Assembly: GCF_006345805.1 (NCBI RefSeq)
Contig: NC_042998.1
Location: 73,098,001-73,162,000, forward strand
Source: Octopus sinensis
Lineage: Eukaryota
Direction of reading: 5' to 3'
Length of the DNA: 64,000 nucleotides
In this document: positions 1 to 12,147 of the stretch, in pieces
How positions within the stretch are numbered: position 1 is the stretch's first letter
How the letters are laid out: each line of letters begins with the position of its first letter
Position numbers and translations under genes: made by a program
Notes under the pieces: model-generated
What the model saw: the letters and a program-made list of their open reading frames with translations, nothing else
Told to the model about the DNA's origin: nothing
Databases searched by the model: none

Positions 1-249
1 TCTATATGCGTGTTTGGTGTTTCGGAGTTACCGTATATAATGTGTGACATCTATAATGTACAATTAAATAAACGTGAGATAAATTTCTTCATGGCATTTG
101 TGTTGTGTACGGACAAGCCTCTATTATTGAACGGGGCGCACAGAAATGGTTTTTCTGAGAAACAATTACATGTGCTGGCGCACAAGGCTACTCGCCAGTC
201 TGCGAGAGCATTGACCCAGCAGGTGGAATCTCTGATGGTTTGTTGCCGA

Positions 250-672
250 TCACCTTCATTAGAAGGGCAATCCAAATGAAGCCACCCGACCGGTTACACG
301 GATACTCCTTCACAGCAACACTCGCCCCACATCTCCAGTTGAACCGAAACTATTATTTAAGAGTTCGGATGTGAAGTTTTGCTGCACGCACCGTATTCTC
401 CTGATGTATTGCCTCAGATTATTAACTTTTTCCGTCGCTCAACAACATCTGCAAGGCATTCAACAACGATGCAAAGATTAAATCGTTGCTCTACGGATTT
501 TTCGAGTCAAGAGCCAACGATTTCTACCGCCCAGTCATTGAAAAGCTAGTAAAATGTTGACAAGAATTCGTGAATAGGGAAGGAGAATACTTTCTTAAAC
601 TGTTTTGCTAAAATTATTCACGAAAATGTATTCAAACAGATGTGAAAAGTGGACGAATATGTCTGACAACCA
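250..672 (+). mobile_element. Decayed mariner transposon, C-terminal transposase half and right end
   Basis: Frameshifted translation gives ILLHSNTRP (cf. HDNARPH), EVLLHAPYSPD (cf. HPPYSPDL) and FFESRANDFYRPVIEKLVKC*QEFVNREGEYF. A TIR-like end ...tatgtctgacaaccaata follows. Confidence 0.7.
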
Positions 673-744
673 ATATTTAGGTCTTTTACGCTCTATGTAC
701 AACCTTGAGTTTTGTTAATGCTTCTGATAAAATGCATGTCACAA

Positions 745-880
745 AATGCTGGGTTCAAATTTCGTCGAATTCAACTTTGTACGGCATCATTTCAAAAAAA
801 TAAGCTACCATTTACGATTAAACTACTCATCAAAATTTGTGCCATAGTGCCTGTGTTTGAAACCATTTGATTACGCTGTC
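745..880 (+). mobile_element. Highly decayed SINE family B remnant
   Basis: gggttcaaatttcgtcga (B-box region) and a tail aaaatttgtgccatagtgcctgtgtttgaaacca resemble the intact copies at 25920, 26966 and 60404. Confidence 0.35.
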
Positions 881-1845
881 TCAATAGATATAAATCAGAA
901 TTTAATTCTGTATATTTAATATTTTTTCTTAATGTGTTCATATTATATTACGCTTGATTGAAATATTAAAAGTGTTCTCACCCTCATGCTAAAGTTTTCT
1001 GAAATTGTTGATTTATTATAAAGTTGATCCTTTCAAGTAAAATTTTTATTTCCGTTTCAATTTTCATTGAAATAAATTAATGTGAATATTTCACATTAAT
1101 GTGAAAAATATTTTCAATAAAGAATGTGGATATTCCTGTGATAAATGTAGTTAAACTCATTGAATTCTAGTTATCTTTTAAATTTTTATTTATCGATAAA
1201 ATATTTGTCCAATAGATATATCAACTTCTCAAAAGACAATTCTAAGTAAATAGGTATCCTTCAAAAATAGCTCACCAAATTGAATATTTATATTATTCCA
1301 TTTCTTTCATTCGCCATGAGAAAACATTTTACACGAGAATACCAATTTCATAATAAATGATTAAATAAAGAATTTAGTTTTAGAACTGTTGTTTTAGTTT
1401 TCACACAAATACAATTGTGTATATTAAGGGGCTTGACGATTAACTGTAATACGTAACTTCAATATGATTCTTACATTAAATTCCATTTCATTTTAACTAA
1501 CACTTCTCAGAAGTTTACATTTATACATGTTTTTCTCTTTCTCTTCCATAGTTCATTCTGGAAGATCTTTATCTCTTGTTACAACAACGTTCGTTCTAAG
1601 CTACACAAGAGAAATCTCCCTAAGTTTATGATCTAAATTTTTCAAACAGCAATTTTCTAGTTGCAACGCTTAGCTTCAATTTTCAAATTCTGTGAATTGT
1701 TTTGTAAGATATATTTGGATAAAACACGACAAGAATTTATTTATCAAAAGAAAGTGAACGAAAAGAAGTGGTAAATGAAATCAGACGTTGGAAAAAATAC
1801 AACGCAAATAGATAACTGAAATTACATATATTTAGGTTACAATGC

Positions 1846-1848
<3 letters not shown>

Positions 1849-1901
<53 letters not shown>
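1849..1901. repeat. (TA)n microsatellite
   Basis: Direct reading of the sequence. Confidence 0.95.
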
Positions 1902-1906
<5 letters not shown>

Positions 1907-2749
1907 AGCATGCATAGATAACTGCATATCTGCTATTTCTCTTTCGGCGAGAAAAATTCAAAATATAGGTAGAAGAGATAAATTACAAAACTTATTTTAA
2001 AAATCCATTACTCTATATAATACAATGATATTTTATGTACCAAAATTGGATATTTTTGTGATTGTGCTTAATCTTAAAATGCCGAAAATTTCTAGAGCAC
2101 CATTTTCATCTTAGTCAGCAAAATCACTTCGTAACATATCTTTCCTAAAAATGTACACCGACTTTTAATCTCTCATCTATAATAAAGGAAAATAACGTGG
2201 AAAAATCACGGCTTTCTTTTGAGAAAATGATCAATAGATTTGCAAAACACATCTAAGGAAGTAATTCTTCTCACTTCGTTTGCAAAGAACTCACATTCGA
2301 TAAACCGGTGGATGCACAGATTTCTGTGTACATATTTTCTCAAACATCGGTCTCCTACCGAGTAATTTAGAAGGCAGAATGAGTCAGTTATCTTCAACTT
2401 TGAAAAGGAAATCAAAACAAAATAGAATCTATTTGGAAATGTCACGAGATTTCTCCGGGAAAATCTATCAAAAGAAATCTATTGATGTGAAACCAATGAT
2501 TACCTCCGAATAAGCAACTAGGAAAACTGTGTGTCAAACTTGTGTTCGGGACTGCAGGCAACATTTATGAATGTCAATAAATTTGGTTAAGCCATTTGGC
2601 AACGTTCTCATGGAACGCTTTGTTATTGAGTCCAAATTTTATTGAACTTGTTTTGTTTTTGTCATTATAACCATGGTTACCGCCACTGATATTTGGTTCT
2701 AGTTGCAGACAATATTAGCGGTATTTATGTTATATGGGTTGCTTTTCGT

Positions 2750-2870
2750 GGGGTTTTTTTGTGGTGGTGGTAGCGGCGGCGGCGGAGGCTTTGGCAGCGG
2801 TGTTGGAGGCGGCGGCAGTATCGATGGTGGTAGAGGCGGCGGTGGTGGTCTTGCGGATGGTATGGCATTT
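2750..2870. repeat. GC-rich degenerate (GGC/GGT)n low-complexity tract
   Basis: Runs of ggcggc/ggtggt in an AT-rich background. Confidence 0.8.
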
Positions 2871-5184
2871 ATTCATATCGTGTTTGTTCTGATAATATGG
2901 TTAGTATTGCCAATGATATCAGCAACAGTACGCTTTCTGACGTTGTCGTTACAGTAAATAGGTTAATTGAAATTTGTGGAAGTAGTAGAGGCATTACTGC
3001 TTTTAGTACAGATAGATATTATAGTCTAACAATACTATGAGAGAAATCTAACGTATCCCCTCTTTTTAAATCGGTATACTACATTATCATAGACGTGATA
3101 AGTTACCAAATCTTTTACACTGTGGATTCTATTTCCCCATAACAGAAAAAAATATGATCTGTCTTATTTTCTAGTTTTTTTTACACCTTAATGAGAGACA
3201 GGATACTCTGCCTACAGAAATATTTGTAGCTTAGAACAGAAATATTTGTAGCTTACGATATTTATAGTGCATTAAAATTAACGCTCAACTAAATTGTATA
3301 GCAGAAAATGCAGCGGCAATGTGGTCTGTTTCATTAGTTTAGATTGCAGTGTACAACATGTTCAGATAACTTAAAATATAAGGTATGCATCTCTGAATAA
3401 ACATACAATTTTAGCTGTGCTGGGAAAAGAAAGCTAAACTTTTGCGCCTTAATTTACATTTCTCTCTCAGCAGAAACATGGGTTGCAATCTGATAATTTT
3501 ATATCCAAATCCGTTGTGTTGTACACTATCCAGTAGATATTTCGCCAAACCTCAAGTTCACTTAGTTTCGAAAACTGGATGGCTTTGACACAGTGAAGCA
3601 ATTTTTGAAAGACAACTATCTGATGTGTACCCCAGGGCCCTGGACCATTCATACCTTGCAAATTGCAAATGATCTTTCTGATCCCTTACCAAAAGAAAAC
3701 TCATCAACTCTACTGTTTCCATTTTACCACATCTCTGAACACCGAGAGCTTTCAAATCATGGAGAATGACTTCACCTGACCTTCGCAGCTAAATGTGAAT
3801 ACAAATCCCAACTACTCTTCCTTATCAATCCTTATTAATCCATCTCTTTGCAGTATACTAGACTCCTATTTCCGTATGCACCCTGCTTGCTGCATATAGA
3901 TAAGGCCGCTGATCCCTGAATGTGTCCCTTCCATCACACTCAAACACTGCGATCCAGAATTTATTCTTAGTCAAGTTACATTGCAATATGGTACCTACAA
4001 CTGAGACAGTGCAACTGCTACAAGCACAGGCATCCTGAACAGCATCAAAAGAATGGTCACTGAAGTATTTGGTATTCGATCACAACCGGATACCTTTCAT
4101 TCTCTGAGCAACATGTGTGCTGTTTCATTTCTCTGTCTTTTATATTTTTACTATAATGAACTTTATTTGTAGGACATGATTGGTGTCGAACCTCCACTAT
4201 TTGAGCGCTCCAATCATGCTCTCAACCAGTGAGAGTGAAAACAAATCATTATCGGTGTATGCACTATTACTCAAATCATATTGGCCAGTTTAGCTGAGTC
4301 CTAGTTTCTGTACAGTATAAATAACTCTAAGCCACTAATCTCTGTATGGACAGAAAAGAATTAAAATATCTGATGAAGATTTAAAATACAAGAAACTATT
4401 CATATAGATCCCAATTTTCTGTCCACATAGAGATAGTGTGTTTGTCAACCAACGTTTTATATATTTTATAGTGTCTCTCAAATACTATGTTTATCAAAAT
4501 ATGTACATTGTGTCTTTAAAATCATATGAAAATATCTCAGAATTTCTTCATACATTAACAGTATTGTCATCGTAACAGTGCCTGATAAACCGCTCTAAAA
4601 TTACTGAATTACTTTTATTTAGCAACTATTTCATATAACGCTTTCCGTATTTTTTAGTAGATTATAGAACGCAATAGGTAACGTTATCTTGTAATTATAT
4701 TTTATTCACTTTCTCTCATTTCAAACAGCTACACCCTCCAGGTGTAAGAATACTTTCTTGATCTCATGATCAATATTCTTCCCTTAGAAAATATTCATCT
4801 CTAATATAGAAAAAATCCCCAGATAAATTAATGTTAAGCATTATTACATAATATCGGTGTTGTTTTACAAGGGAGGAAAGCTAGTTTCACAAAGAAATAT
4901 AAAATAGTAATAACAAACTTGATGCCTAGAATCTCAAATCTCTGTCACTGTCTGCAAGAAATAATTCTAGTCACAAATACAAAGCAATGACACGTTTTCT
5001 CTCTAACCATTAGCCTTCAGATATTAAAAGATAAATATGAGCTTAAAGTCTCCTCTAGGTAATAATCACCTGATAAAAGCTATAGGCAATACCTCTTCCT
5101 CTAGTATTATACTAATAAATTTAATGCAATTTTTAAATCTTTTGACGATGCACATTTTAAAAATATTTTAGAGAATATATATAG

Positions 5185-5264
5185 GTATATATATATATAT
5201 ACCTACATACATACATGTATATGTGTTTATGTGCATGTGTGTGTATGTGTGTTTGCGTGAATGT

Positions 5265-5346
<82 letters not shown>
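5185..5346. repeat. Compound (TA)n/(TG)n microsatellite
   Basis: Direct reading; explains the YI-repeat ORFs. Confidence 0.95.
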
Positions 5347-7299
5347 GTTAATCCAAACATGAAAGCACAAAAAAACACAACAACGCGGGGACGTGGAACA
5401 GATATAGTATATATATATTGTTGTTTGCTTTTCGATTTCGGTTTTCGGTAAGATCAATGACAAAGTACTCCTTTAAATGAGATACAAATATTTTTAATGT
5501 ACACAATATATAGTTCTGAGCTAATAATCGTCTCATGCATTTGAAATATTTTCTAGCCACGTTTTAATAACGGGCCTAGTGTCGCCAAACAATTTACCTG
5601 CTCTGTGCAGATGGCCTATACCAGTTACAAAACACATCGCCAGAAGAAGATGAGGTGCATGCAAATGTGGAAAATTGAAACAAACAGAAAAGAAAAGGGG
5701 AAAAGATCTAAAGTTATGTATCCATTGACCATAAAGCTATAAAGTTAGTTGATGTAGAATCAACGTAAGGAATATAAAGTCTTCGTTATCACGGCGCAAT
5801 ACGGATAGAGTGGTATTCTTCAATTCGTCAATAAAAATATGTCCTTATGTTTCCATTTGCTGAAAATTTCAAACCTGAAATTCAAACTTGCGCTGGAATT
5901 CTTAGATTAAAAAAGGACGGGTTATCTTTCAGCTAGGCATAACTTGCATATTAATATATGGCATGGAGCTTTCGATGACTTTCATCTTGATTGTACACGG
6001 CGTAGAGTTTGGTCATCACATCCCATACGAGTCTAGCAAGCTAAGTGGCTTTACTATGACATTTTGGCGGAAATATGGATTGTTAGCATATTATCTTTTG
6101 AAGTTGCCTTCGCATAACCCGATGTAACCCTTCTTTGAGGTCAGGTTATTACATATCATTGCTATTACATCTGCCTCATATACAGCGGAGATATCAGGTA
6201 CGCCTAGCCATGTAGGCAAACTCCAGGGCTACGACAGTTGCAGCAAGTTGAAGGCTCTTGGCGGTGTTCACAGATAATTCTACTCTTCAAACTGGGGAAG
6301 CATCAATAAGATCATGTAGCTGAGCGGTTATTAAATAACTTTGTGTATGTGTGATTCTCTTGAAAATGCTTATCTACGAGAGATGTTAGTTTTAACATGT
6401 AGACAGATGTGTGGTGAACCAAATTATTTTCCTAAATCTATACTTAGGTCTATTTTTATTGTTTGTATTATTACGAGAAATGTATGATAACTAGGTCATT
6501 ATTGAATAAATCTTGAAAAAGAAAGATTGGATATCCTGTTATTAATCTTGCCTTTCAGAAATTTTTAACACTATAAGGAAGGTCTATTTATGTACGTAGG
6601 AAAGTTCCTCATTATGCTTATGAAACGGTTAATAAGAGTGAGAATTTATATCATACGGAATCATCTGAAAAAAATCATTCTTGACAGATTAACAGTAACG
6701 ATAATTTTCAGGCTTAATTGAATAAAGGTGGCGTTATCTTTTTCCGAAAAAAATATCACAATTATTGGAAATTCCCAATCGATCATCTCAGTACATACAT
6801 CGTGGGATGAGAACATGAATCTCAATGTGGTTAATGTAAAGCGACCGACAAAATCGCTGACATTAGCACTGTCAATTCATCCCAGAGATGCATCGATCAA
6901 TTTATCTGTATCGGATTATTTTATCTAATGCTGAACCCTTACAGAATAAAATGTATGAAAAAAAAAACGTAGCTTATGAATATAACTATAAATTATGTGC
7001 ATTAAACCAGATATATTATGTATGAATTGTCATATAATTATTTTAACATTGTATTATCATTTCAACTGGTAATTTTTTGTGGTGAATGGAAATATATGAG
7101 ATTGTTCGAGTTACATTTTGATTCAACCAGTTGAAATTGTTTAAAATGAAATATAGTTACGTTAACCTACTAAAGAATTTGAAATCATTTGTGCCTTTAC
7201 CTCATCACTCTGGGGTGTAACTATGATTCGTGTATAGGCATTTTTGGTTTCATATATCTGCGTTTATACATTCTGCACTCATGTTCTACTTAGACTTCC

Positions 7300-7730
7300 T
7301 TAGGAGTGGGAAGCTATGTTGTCTACAAATGTTTTCTGCTTGGAGATGATAAACTCATTAAGCGACTCATGGCACATCCTTTATAGCATTTAGTCAGTAT
7401 GAACAAAATCCTTTTCGTAGAAAACTGGTTGATGAAATGTTTTCGGCACGTTAGCCGGCCTGTATATACAGTTGTTGAGCGGTCTATAGGAGGTTGTCAC
7501 CAATATATTCCAGTTGAATTCTCCAACAATGACCTGTAAATCAATACATGTAGACAATTAATATCAGTGATTGAAGAACGGCTCAGAACATGCAGTTAAA
7601 TGCACCATGAAAGCACATTCAAAGTGTTTCATGACCTCGCACGGAGTAGACCAATACAGTAGCCTTAAAGATCACAGGCAGTCATAAATTTCTGATGATG
7701 CAAGTCTTACAGAACAGTACTCGCGCCAAA
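7300..7730 (-). mobile_element. Possible decayed LINE APE-endonuclease fragment
   Basis: Minus-strand VIVGEFN (cf. IVGDFN) and VLVYS motifs, with many stops and frameshifts. Confidence 0.3.
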
Positions 7731-7794
7731 TGTTTTCTTTGTGTAAGAGAGTGAAACAGACACAGTGATAGCAACAACAGCTGAACACTAGACA

Positions 7795-7871
7795 ACTACT
7801 AAAACTACTAATACTAATACTTCTACTACTACCACTACTACTACTACAACAACAACAACTACTACTACTAT
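7795..7871. repeat. (ACT/ACA)n trinucleotide microsatellite
   Basis: Direct reading of the sequence. Confidence 0.9.
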
Positions 7872-7899
7872 CACATGTCAGCTGATATTTGTAGACGAC

Positions 7900-8520
7900 A
7901 TGCTCTAAATTGTTTCCGCTGCCGAGTACTGACAGGCAGGGAAGAGAATTAGCGTTGCGAAGACTGAGACATTGTTCCTTTCAAGAAAATCTTCCAAGCG
8001 CATTTGCGCAATTTAGTGGAACTTTATTGAGACAAATGGAGAAGAATTTCGAGGCTGTATTCACGATGGTGGAATGTAGAAGACAGAAGTGGATGTTAGC
8101 ATTGCAGAGGCTAGCACAGAGGCTAGTAATATGCCAGCTCCAGCATTCGATTCTCAACGGAACTCATTATCTTCAATTCAGTTTTCAAGCCTATTCACTT
8201 ATGACCATGAATGCTGGGTAGTGACTGAAATAGTACGGCCTCGAGTACAGGCGGTCGAAATTGGTTCCTCCGAAAGATCTTTGGAATGACGTTAATTGAC
8301 AGAGTAGGTCGCTTCGATAGCAGCGAGTTTCTGCAAATCAATCTATTACGCCTTCACATTAAGAAGTCACACCTCCCGTACTACGGATATATAATTAAAA
8401 TGTCGCAGGAAAGCATTGCAAGGCGGAAACTTCAAGCCGAATTAACTGAAAGAAACAGAAGTAGACAACAAACGAAATGGTTCGATGAAATCCAGTCACA
8501 GTCGCTGTTAGGTACTCAAT
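7900..8520 (+). mobile_element. RTE-clade LINE, decayed RT C-terminal region
   Basis: Frameshifted ORFs give LFTYDHECWVVTE...VQAVEIG and LRLHIKKSHLPYYGYIIKMSQESIARRKLQAE...RSRQQTKWFDEI. These match the RTE pattern LLYGxECW...RLRWYGHVxRM...RGRPxxRWxD. Confidence 0.7.
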
Positions 8521-9424
8521 AGGATTTTCTAATGAGAGTTGCTTATGACTACTTTATGAAGAAGGTGTCTAAAGACTCTACACTACGACACTCACAAGAA
8601 TAGCAAGCAGAGGAAATAGACGGATGGAGGATAGATGGATGGGTGAATGGATGAGTACTTCGAACTTCAAAATAGAAAAAGTCGCAAACTCATCTATCCA
8701 GATTTTATCACCTGCGATTTGTAATATAAAGCACACTTTGCTTTGTAATTATAATGATCAACGGCATATTTTCATTACGTTCACACATATACCATCAAAT
8801 CCTACAACCAGTATTGAAGTTGCAAAAGTCTTCAAAATGCAGATGCCTAGTTTCCACTTACAAGAACAGGAATTACATCCAGTCTTCAAACCATTTTCCC
8901 AACAGTTAAAAGTTAGAATACCCAACAGTTAGAAGTCTATAATGCCAGCAATTTTTGTAGAATTTACCGTCTTAAACATGCTGAATATTACATATAAAAG
9001 CATTTAATTCAAATTATAAATATTAAGACGCAATTGTTCAATTTTCACTGAGATAATATTAATTTAACTGACATATCACTTTTGAACAGTCCCTTTTTAA
9101 AGGAAATTTTTTACCGCAAAATCTTGTTTCCTAACTTGCAATTACTACAAATTAATTTCAGGTTGTAATTAACTTTTTTCTGAAATATATAGCCACCGGT
9201 TTATCAAATGATCAACGTTTTGATTTCATTTAAGTTTGCTAACATCTGGTGTTTTACTCAATCAGGAAGGAAGCGGGTGTTAGTTTAATGTCGAATAAAT
9301 AATGAACACAAAATATAGGACCTTAAAGCTATCTTTAAATATAGCATTTAGTACCCACACCTAATCTTTAATGACGAACAGGCGCCGTTTGATATTACTG
9401 AAAAAATAAGATAATTCAAACCTC

Positions 9425-9425
<1 letters not shown>

Positions 9426-9471
<46 letters not shown>

Positions 9472-9472
9472 T
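9426..9472. repeat. (TG)n microsatellite
   Basis: Direct reading of the sequence. Confidence 0.95.
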
Positions 9473-10324
9473 ACAAACATTAAAAAAAACATACAGATAC
9501 CATGCCCCACCTACTTGTTTGATTTGATTTAGAAAATTATGAGGAAATTGATTGTAATTAAATCATAAATTAACTGGTTTAATCTCTCAAAGCTTCATAG
9601 ACTTTGCAAGGCTACATATTGTGTACGGTGAGTATTAAATCACAATCTCATAAAAGTTGAATAAAAGAGCGAGTAGGGCACATTCAGATTTTGAGAAACA
9701 ACACTGAAACATATTGGAAAACGTATTCATGGAAACGGAAAAACGGAGATTAAAATACTGAATATTTTAACACTTAATCCGTCTACTCGCCTTCCTTTCA
9801 CACATTTTCCTGTTCTCAAAAAAAAGTAATCGATTATTTCTTTCTTCTACATTTGATGATGATTTCAGTTAAACAATTTTGATTTATGGGCGGCATGCAT
9901 ACATGTTTTAATTTTTTAACACTTCGCTGATACTTTTTTTCCGAGTTCCATTGCTTTAATGTCAATTTCCAATTTCGACTCTCATGTAGAAAAGAGGTTA
10001 AAAGATATCGCATAAGTTTCGACAGATTGTTTTCAAGTTTGCTTTTATTCAAAGCTTTCATGTGCTACAGCTCATGTCGAGGTGCATGCAACAACAGAAC
10101 ACTTGGAGAGTGAGTTCCAGCATAGGTAGTGATCTTTGATACAATTTTTTAGACATGCTTTAGAGATACAAATGAGATTATACTGACAACACTGGGGATA
10201 AGTGATATGTTTGTGTTTGTGTATGAATATTTAATTTTAAGTTGAGGTTATAATAAATAACAATTTAACGTTAAATTGAAAAAAAAAATATTTAATGATA
10301 TTTTTAGAATAAGGATTTATTGCT

Positions 10325-11200
10325 CTTAAACAGGGATAGTTTCGACGGTGATGTAGCAATTTCAGCCTCCTTAGCCTTCATTAGATTGTGGTACATTTGA
10401 TTTTATTTTGGATTTAAATAATCACACGTAAGTTTTCCACGGTATGTGGGGCTCTGTTGAAGGAAAATTATGTTGAAGGGTAGGTTTCGATTATACAATA
10501 CAATTGAATTTTGTTGATAAAATATAAGGTCGTCTTTTTATTCGGAATCCACTCACCGCTTCAAATGTGTAATCAGGTATATCCGATTATATGTTTTAGA
10601 GTTCACAAGGAAACGTAGATAGGTGAAAATGTACTTGGTTAGAAGATCTGTAATACGGTCTCGTTGCTGTGAGGTTTTGTTGATCACTTATGTCAGATTA
10701 AATCTGTTTTACCATGGCAAGTTGAAGGCTATTGTTCGCGCTCAGCAAAGCATGTGGAACTTTCTAATTAAGTGTGTTTATTTAGGTATATCAGCTTTCA
10801 GTCATAGAGATATTAAGGGTACAAAAGAATTGAAGCAGTTGGAAAGGTTGGTTGACCAGACGATTTCTTTGTTGGTTTTATTTTAAAGATTTAACCTATT
10901 TGTTGTGGGGAGGTAGAGATTATTTTTCAGAATTTTATCATGTATGTACGACTTAGTGATTTCGCATGTTTATTTAGATGTACTGCCTTTATGGCATAGG
11001 GTTTTCAGAATAGAAATTTGTTTATCATGTGCTTGAAGATTCACACGTGAATGAAAGTAGCTGGAAATTTTAGTTCGTCAACAGATTTGTAACTAGGAGT
11101 TAACTATAGATGATACTATTTGAGTACTATCTGCAAACTTTAAGTTTTGTGCTTGTGGAAGGTTAGGTTTTGGATTATGTTTTTAAGTATTTTATTTATT
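10325..11200 (-). mobile_element. Possible very old Penelope-like remnant
   Basis: Strand-biased composition and weak RT-like peptides (GFRIKDDL, RNLPFNIIF). A hammerhead-like CTAATGA...GAAAC motif lies at the 3' end (about 10330-10385). Confidence 0.3.
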
Positions 11201-11899
11201 TGGTTTCATGTATGGCTTTTAATATTCATCCTTGTGATGTATTATTTTGGGTAAATGGATAAACCCAAATGTGGTGAATTATAAACATATGTGCATATTC
11301 TTATATGTATTAAAATATGCGTACAAAACACTTTAGGCTAAGAACATCCTCGAGCATCATTGCAAATATGTATGCGTATATGCGTATGTATTTATGTATA
11401 CATGTGTGTGTTTATGTGTCTTTGTGTGTGTGTATGTATATGTATATATGTATGTATGCATGTATGTATATTTTTATGCATGTATGTATGCATATTAGAA
11501 TTCTTGTGGGTATATTACTTGAGAACGTTTAAATAATTTCTACTGTAGTTGTTTAATAGAACCCTGTAAGATAAGTGTTTGTGTTTATTAAAGGGGCAGT
11601 TTGTGCAGATAGTGGCGAGAAAGGTGTGTAAGATATTGTCAAGTTTAGCCTTTAGAAAAGCACTTTTGGTTTGTTTTGTTTTTGCAGGAAGAGTATAATT
11701 CAGTTTTGATTCCTAAATATAAGAATATGGATGGTACATTAGTACTAAGTGCCAGGGTTTATTGTTATCTTGGTTCGTGCGTGTGTTTGCATGACTATAT
11801 TTTATAATTAAAGGTAAATGTTCTATTTTTTTTTATTTTGACATCCAAGGAAAACTTAAAACGGTGGTCTCTCTGAGGCTCCGAGGTTGTGTGCATGTA

Positions 11900-12014
11900 T
11901 ATATATACATGCACATATGTGCAGATATTTACATACAAACGCACACTCATAGTACATACATACATACATACATACATACATACATACTTACATACATATA
12001 TATATATATATATG

Positions 12015-12046
<32 letters not shown>

Positions 12047-12114
12047 TGTATGTATATACTCACTCAAACACACATACACACGCACATACACACACATATA
12101 TATATATATATGTA

Positions 12115-12147
<33 letters not shown>
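11900..12147. repeat. Compound (TACA)n-(TA)n-(TGTA)n-(CA)n microsatellite
   Basis: Direct reading of the sequence. Confidence 0.95.

Noticed and set aside
2703-2957. Gly-rich 84-aa ORF resembling a secreted glycine-rich protein
   Set aside because: It starts at TTG and is low-complexity; the opposite strand gives equally plausible Pro- or Ala/Thr-rich frames, and there is no independent support.
4150-4235. tRNA-like sequence (minus-strand GGTTCGACACC)
   Set aside because: No complete cloverleaf; more likely a decayed SINE head. No true tRNA gene was found in the window.
6728-6928. 66-aa ORF with beta-rich appearance
   Set aside because: GTG start, upstream in-frame stop, no convincing splice sites and no recognisable motif.
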